64,000 nt of DNA from Klebsiella pneumoniae (GTDB lineage: Bacteria; Pseudomonadota; Gammaproteobacteria; Eutrophobiales; Eutrophobiaceae), in contig CAMDWI010000003.1 in the NCBI GenBank assembly GCA_945878555.1, positions 148,287 through 212,286 of the forward strand, written 5' to 3'. Under the pieces are notes generated by a model. It had not been told where the DNA came from, made no database searches, and saw only the letters and a program-made list of their open reading frames with translations. A program made the position numbers and the translations under genes. Of this stretch, positions 60,999 to 64,000 are shown in pieces (position 1 is the stretch's first letter; each line of letters opens with the position of its first letter).

Positions 60999-61726
60999 AG
61001 ATACTGATTGTTGATGATGAGTTACCGGCGCGGCAACGTATCGCTGACCTGCTGCTGGATATCCGCAAAGATGCGGTGTTGCTGGAGGCGGGTAATGGTC
61101 TGGAGGCGGTGCAGGTGGCAGAAAAGGAGCGGCCGGATGTGGTGTTGCTGGATATCCGTATGCCGGTGATGGATGGGCTGGAGTCTGCCTTCCATATGAC
61201 CACTCTGAACCCGGCCCCGGCCGTCATCTTTGTGACGGCGTATGATGAACATGCGGTGAGGGCCTTTGAGGCGAATGCGGTCGACTATCTGCTCAAGCCG
61301 GTCCGGTTGGAGAGATTAAAACAGGCGCTAGACAAGGCGGCACTGATAAACCGCTCACTGATTGGGCGTATCGAGGCTGTGCAAGGCAAAACCCGACGTA
61401 CCCATATCAGCGCGATCAGCCAGGGCAAGATCGTGATGATCCCGATTGAACAGATACAATGTTTCAGGGCGGACAATAAATATGTCTCGGTATACCAGGG
61501 CGGCCATGAGACGCTGATAGATGAATCGTTGAAGGATCTCGAAGAGGAATTTGCTGATCGCTTCCTGCGCATACACCGCAATGCGCTGGTGTCACTCGAT
61601 CATATTGTGGTGCTGGAAAAAACAAATGATGGCAGTTATCTGGTGCAGCTGCGCGATATGCCGGAAAAACTGACCGTCAGCCGACGCCATATCGCCGATA
61701 TCAGACAAAAGCTGAAGGGTCAGTAG
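60995..61726 (+). CDS. algR: LytTR-family response regulator AlgR-like
   Basis: Receiver domain with DD...D...K and a C-terminal LytTR DNA-binding domain. It overlaps the kinase by 4 nt. Confidence 0.85.
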   Translation: MKILIVDDELPARQRIADLLLDIRKDAVLLEAGNGLEAVQVAEKERPDVVLLDIRMPVMDGLESAFHMTTLNPAPAVIFVTAYDEHAVRAFEANAVDYLLKPVRLERLKQALDKAALINRSLIGRIEAVQGKTRRTHISAISQGKIVMIPIEQIQCFRADNKYVSVYQGGHETLIDESLKDLEEEFADRFLRIHRNALVSLDHIVVLEKTNDGSYLVQLRDMPEKLTVSRRHIADIRQKLKGQ

Positions 61727-63023
61727 GCAAACCCAGACTTGCCGTCTCTCTGGCCGCTGCCAGATTGGCCAGGCGCGCGATGACACCGTAGGTATAAAAA
61801 CGGTTCGGGTGGGCATCCGGTGACTGGGCCTTGTCCGGGGAGTTACAGCAGTCATCAAAGGCGAGGGGTTCAAACTGCATGCCGGGCGAATTCAGGTTTT
61901 CATTCGCTCCCTTCTTCGGATGGACGCGGTAGAAACCGCCGACCACGTTTTTATCGATCATATATACGACCGATTCGGCGACCGTCTTGTCCTCACCCCA
62001 GGTCTCGTTCGTATAGACGCCTTCCTGGATGATCACCTTCGTGACCTTCTGGCCTTCCTTCGTGGTCGACATGCGCGTCCTTTCCTTGCGGTTCATATCG
62101 ATCAGTTCTTCCACGCTGTGGGCCATCATCACACCCATGCCATAGGTGCCAGCGTCGGCCTTCACGACGACATACGGCTTTTGATCAACCCCATACTCAT
62201 CGTATTTCTTCTGGATCGCGTTCAGCAGTGTATTCACATTGCTTTCCAGACAGTGGTTAGTCTCGTTCTTCATGAAGTCTATTTCGCCACAGTTACGAAA
62301 CAGCGGGTCGATAAACCACGGGTCTATCCCGATTTGTCGGGAAAACTCCTCGGCAATCTCCTTGTAGTGACGGAAATGTCCCGATTTCAGCCGGGTTGAC
62401 CAACCCAGCGACAATGAAGGGATGACCGGTTGTTGCAACTGTTCCAGTACGGCCGGGCGTCCGCCTGACATATCGTTATTCAAAAGCACCAGGTCGGGGA
62501 CAAAGCCGTCGATGCTGATCTTGTCCCCGGCGCGTACCAGTGGGTTCAGTTTCAGGGTAGTGCCAGAGTCCAGAGTGATGGTCTGGGGTGCGGTCAGACC
62601 GGGAATCAGTGAGCCTATTTGCACATCGAACCCTGCCTTGCCTATCAATGAAGTCAGCACCGCCACATTTTCGAGGTAAAACATATTGCGGGTGTGGTTT
62701 TCCGGGACCAGCAGGATCCGGTCTATATTTTTGCCGGTATGTTCAACGGCCAGTTGCAGCGCCTGGATACAGAGCGCCTCATAATCGGGGTTCAGGTTAT
62801 TAAACCCGGCTGGAAACAGGTTGGTATCGACCGGGGCAATCTTGTAACCGGAATTACGCAGGTCTACCGAGGAATAAAACGGGGCCGGGGTCAGACGCCA
62901 CTGGCTGCGGAACCAGGACTCGACCTCTGCCTGGTTAGCAATGATCTGTTCCTCTACCTTCAGCAGCGGTCCATTCAGTGCAGTCGACAGATCAGGAACA
63001 GGATTTAGATTTCTTGGTACCAT
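61701..63023 (-). CDS. Putative glutamate--cysteine ligase of the T. ferrooxidans type (TIGR02049-like)
   Basis: 440 aa. The assignment rests on recalled family resemblance and a glycine-rich VVVKADAGTYGMGV nucleotide-binding segment, and it needs a database search. Confidence 0.4.
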   Translation of the reverse strand: MVPRNLNPVPDLSTALNGPLLKVEEQIIANQAEVESWFRSQWRLTPAPFYSSVDLRNSGYKIAPVDTNLFPAGFNNLNPDYEALCIQALQLAVEHTGKNIDRILLVPENHTRNMFYLENVAVLTSLIGKAGFDVQIGSLIPGLTAPQTITLDSGTTLKLNPLVRAGDKISIDGFVPDLVLLNNDMSGGRPAVLEQLQQPVIPSLSLGWSTRLKSGHFRHYKEIAEEFSRQIGIDPWFIDPLFRNCGEIDFMKNETNHCLESNVNTLLNAIQKKYDEYGVDQKPYVVVKADAGTYGMGVMMAHSVEELIDMNRKERTRMSTTKEGQKVTKVIIQEGVYTNETWGEDKTVAESVVYMIDKNVVGGFYRVHPKKGANENLNSPGMQFEPLAFDDCCNSPDKAQSPDAHPNRFYTYGVIARLANLAAARETASLGLPTDPSAFV

Positions 63024-63034
63024 GATGCCTCGGC

Positions 63035-63787
63035 TTATTCTTGTGGGGGCTGATTATACATCATATCCCCCAGAAGCGCCTGACACACGGCTATCGCGGC
63101 AACAGCTGCTGTCTCGGTGCGCAGGATCCGGGGGCCCACAGATACTTTCAGGTATCCGCAGGTAAGTGAGTATTCAATTTCCTTCTGGCTGAGTCCACCT
63201 TCCGGACCACAGAGCAACGTAATATCACCGGCGTTTCGGGTCAGATCTGCCAGACCCTGGCCGCTCTCTGGATGCATCAGCAGCCGGAGCGAGGTCGATT
63301 CGGTGCGGACCCATTCATCCACAGGCATCGCGTCATACAGTTCGGGCAGGCGGTTCCGGCCGGACTGTTCACAGGCAGCCGTGATGATTTTTTCCCAGTG
63401 TTCGCGACGCTTGCGTGCCCGGTCTTCCTCCAGCCGGACATTACTGAACTCGGTAAACAGCGGGACGATGCGGGTCACACCCAACTCGACTGCTTTCTGG
63501 ACTGTGTAGTCCATGTGTTGACCCCGCGAGATGCCCTGTGCCAGTGTGAGCGTGAGCGGGGATTCATTGTCTGTGGGGTTAAAGTGCAGCAGTCTGATGG
63601 TGATTGCCTTGCGCTCCACAGACAGGATCTCGCCATCAAAACTGCCACCCGTGCCATTAAACAGGATAACGCTGTCACCGCTTCGCGCCTTCAGCACGTT
63701 TCCGAGATGATGGGCCGCCTCGTCGTGCAGGGTGACGATAGTGTTAACTGCCAGGACAGATTTGGTATAGACCCTTGTTTTTCTCAT
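63035..63787 (-). CDS. rsmE: 16S rRNA (uracil1498-N3)-methyltransferase RsmE
   Basis: 250 aa with an N-terminal PUA-like domain and a SPOUT domain. Confidence 0.85.
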   Translation of the reverse strand: MRKTRVYTKSVLAVNTIVTLHDEAAHHLGNVLKARSGDSVILFNGTGGSFDGEILSVERKAITIRLLHFNPTDNESPLTLTLAQGISRGQHMDYTVQKAVELGVTRIVPLFTEFSNVRLEEDRARKRREHWEKIITAACEQSGRNRLPELYDAMPVDEWVRTESTSLRLLMHPESGQGLADLTRNAGDITLLCGPEGGLSQKEIEYSLTCGYLKVSVGPRILRTETAAVAAIAVCQALLGDMMYNQPPQE

Positions 63788-63860
63788 TCAGACCATTACA
63801 TTAGTATTAACATCAGGATTCCCTGCATACAGGGCCAACCGTTTGAGGATACAATCGGCT

Positions 63861-64000
63861 TATGATAACGAATAAAGTGATTATCGGGCAGGACAAAAAT
63901 GTGACCAGGGCGGTTGCCCGGTTTGGCATGGGTCAGGTTGTCCTGCACAAGCAGCTCAAATACCGTGGCGTAGTCATTGATATCGACCCGGTGTTTCTGG
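63861..64000 (+). CDS. hspQ: Heat shock protein HspQ/YccV, 3'-truncated by the window edge
   Basis: RFGMGQVVLHKQLKYRGVVIDIDP parallels the E. coli HspQ N-terminus [24 protein letters not shown]. Confidence 0.6.

Noticed and set aside
1-64000. CRISPR arrays, insertion sequences, integrases and prophage genes
   Set aside because: No regularly spaced direct repeats were seen. No transposase or integrase-like ORFs, and no phage structural genes, were recognised anywhere in the window.

Overview
This window is mostly a core chromosomal segment of a Gram-negative proteobacterium. Gene orders such as ftsY-ftsE-ftsX-rpoH, engB-cytochrome c4-dsbA and argH-algZ-algR resemble Pseudomonas and other gammaproteobacteria. 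A PEP-CTERM protein and a T. ferrooxidans-type gshA argue against a classical Pseudomonas. The annotation is dense and contains no integrase, transposase or CRISPR array.

Region by region:
- 1-9.3 kb: a cytochrome c oxidase biogenesis locus (cox11, coxC, DUF2909, surf1, a SCO-like gene, cyoE) is interrupted by a second, oppositely oriented, complete heme-copper oxidase operon. That operon has a subunit II fused to a diheme cytochrome c, subunit I, two subunit-III paralogues and a subunit IV.
- 10-31 kb: rpoH, ftsXEY, prlC, xthA, rpmE, an M48 protease, engB, cytochromes c4 and c5, dsbA, tRNA-Arg(CCG), uvrD, pmbA, a MoxR-DUF58-transglutaminase triad and corA.
- 31.7-51.4 kb: an accessory-looking block. 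It holds a DUF5916 outer-membrane protein, a minimal Hanks-type Ser/Thr kinase, a TonB-dependent receptor with a Tat-exported M24 peptidase, an N-terminal heme c / PQQ quinohemoprotein that resembles PVA dehydrogenase, a DUF1800/DUF1501 pair, Rieske dioxygenase alpha and beta subunits, an NMT1/decarboxylase-like protein, a large secreted hydrolase with a GHSAG motif, an MFS pump and a PEP-CTERM protein.
- 51.5-53.4 kb: an HI0933-family flavoprotein, then a VapBC toxin-antitoxin module directly abutting the 3' end of tRNA-Phe.
- 53.5-64 kb: yggX-mutY, asmA, argH, algZ/algR-like two-component genes, a putative gshA, rsmE and the start of hspQ.

The points most worth follow-up:
- the nested duplicate oxidase operon;
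- G7 homopolymer tracts 4-8 nt upstream of four start codons;
- three DnaA boxes beside an AT-rich stretch in the M48-engB spacer;
- a candidate Spot42/ErsA-like sRNA ending in a plus-strand terminator that converges on engB;
- the accessory catabolic block of quinohemoprotein, DUF1800/DUF1501, Rieske dioxygenase and orphan hydrolase.
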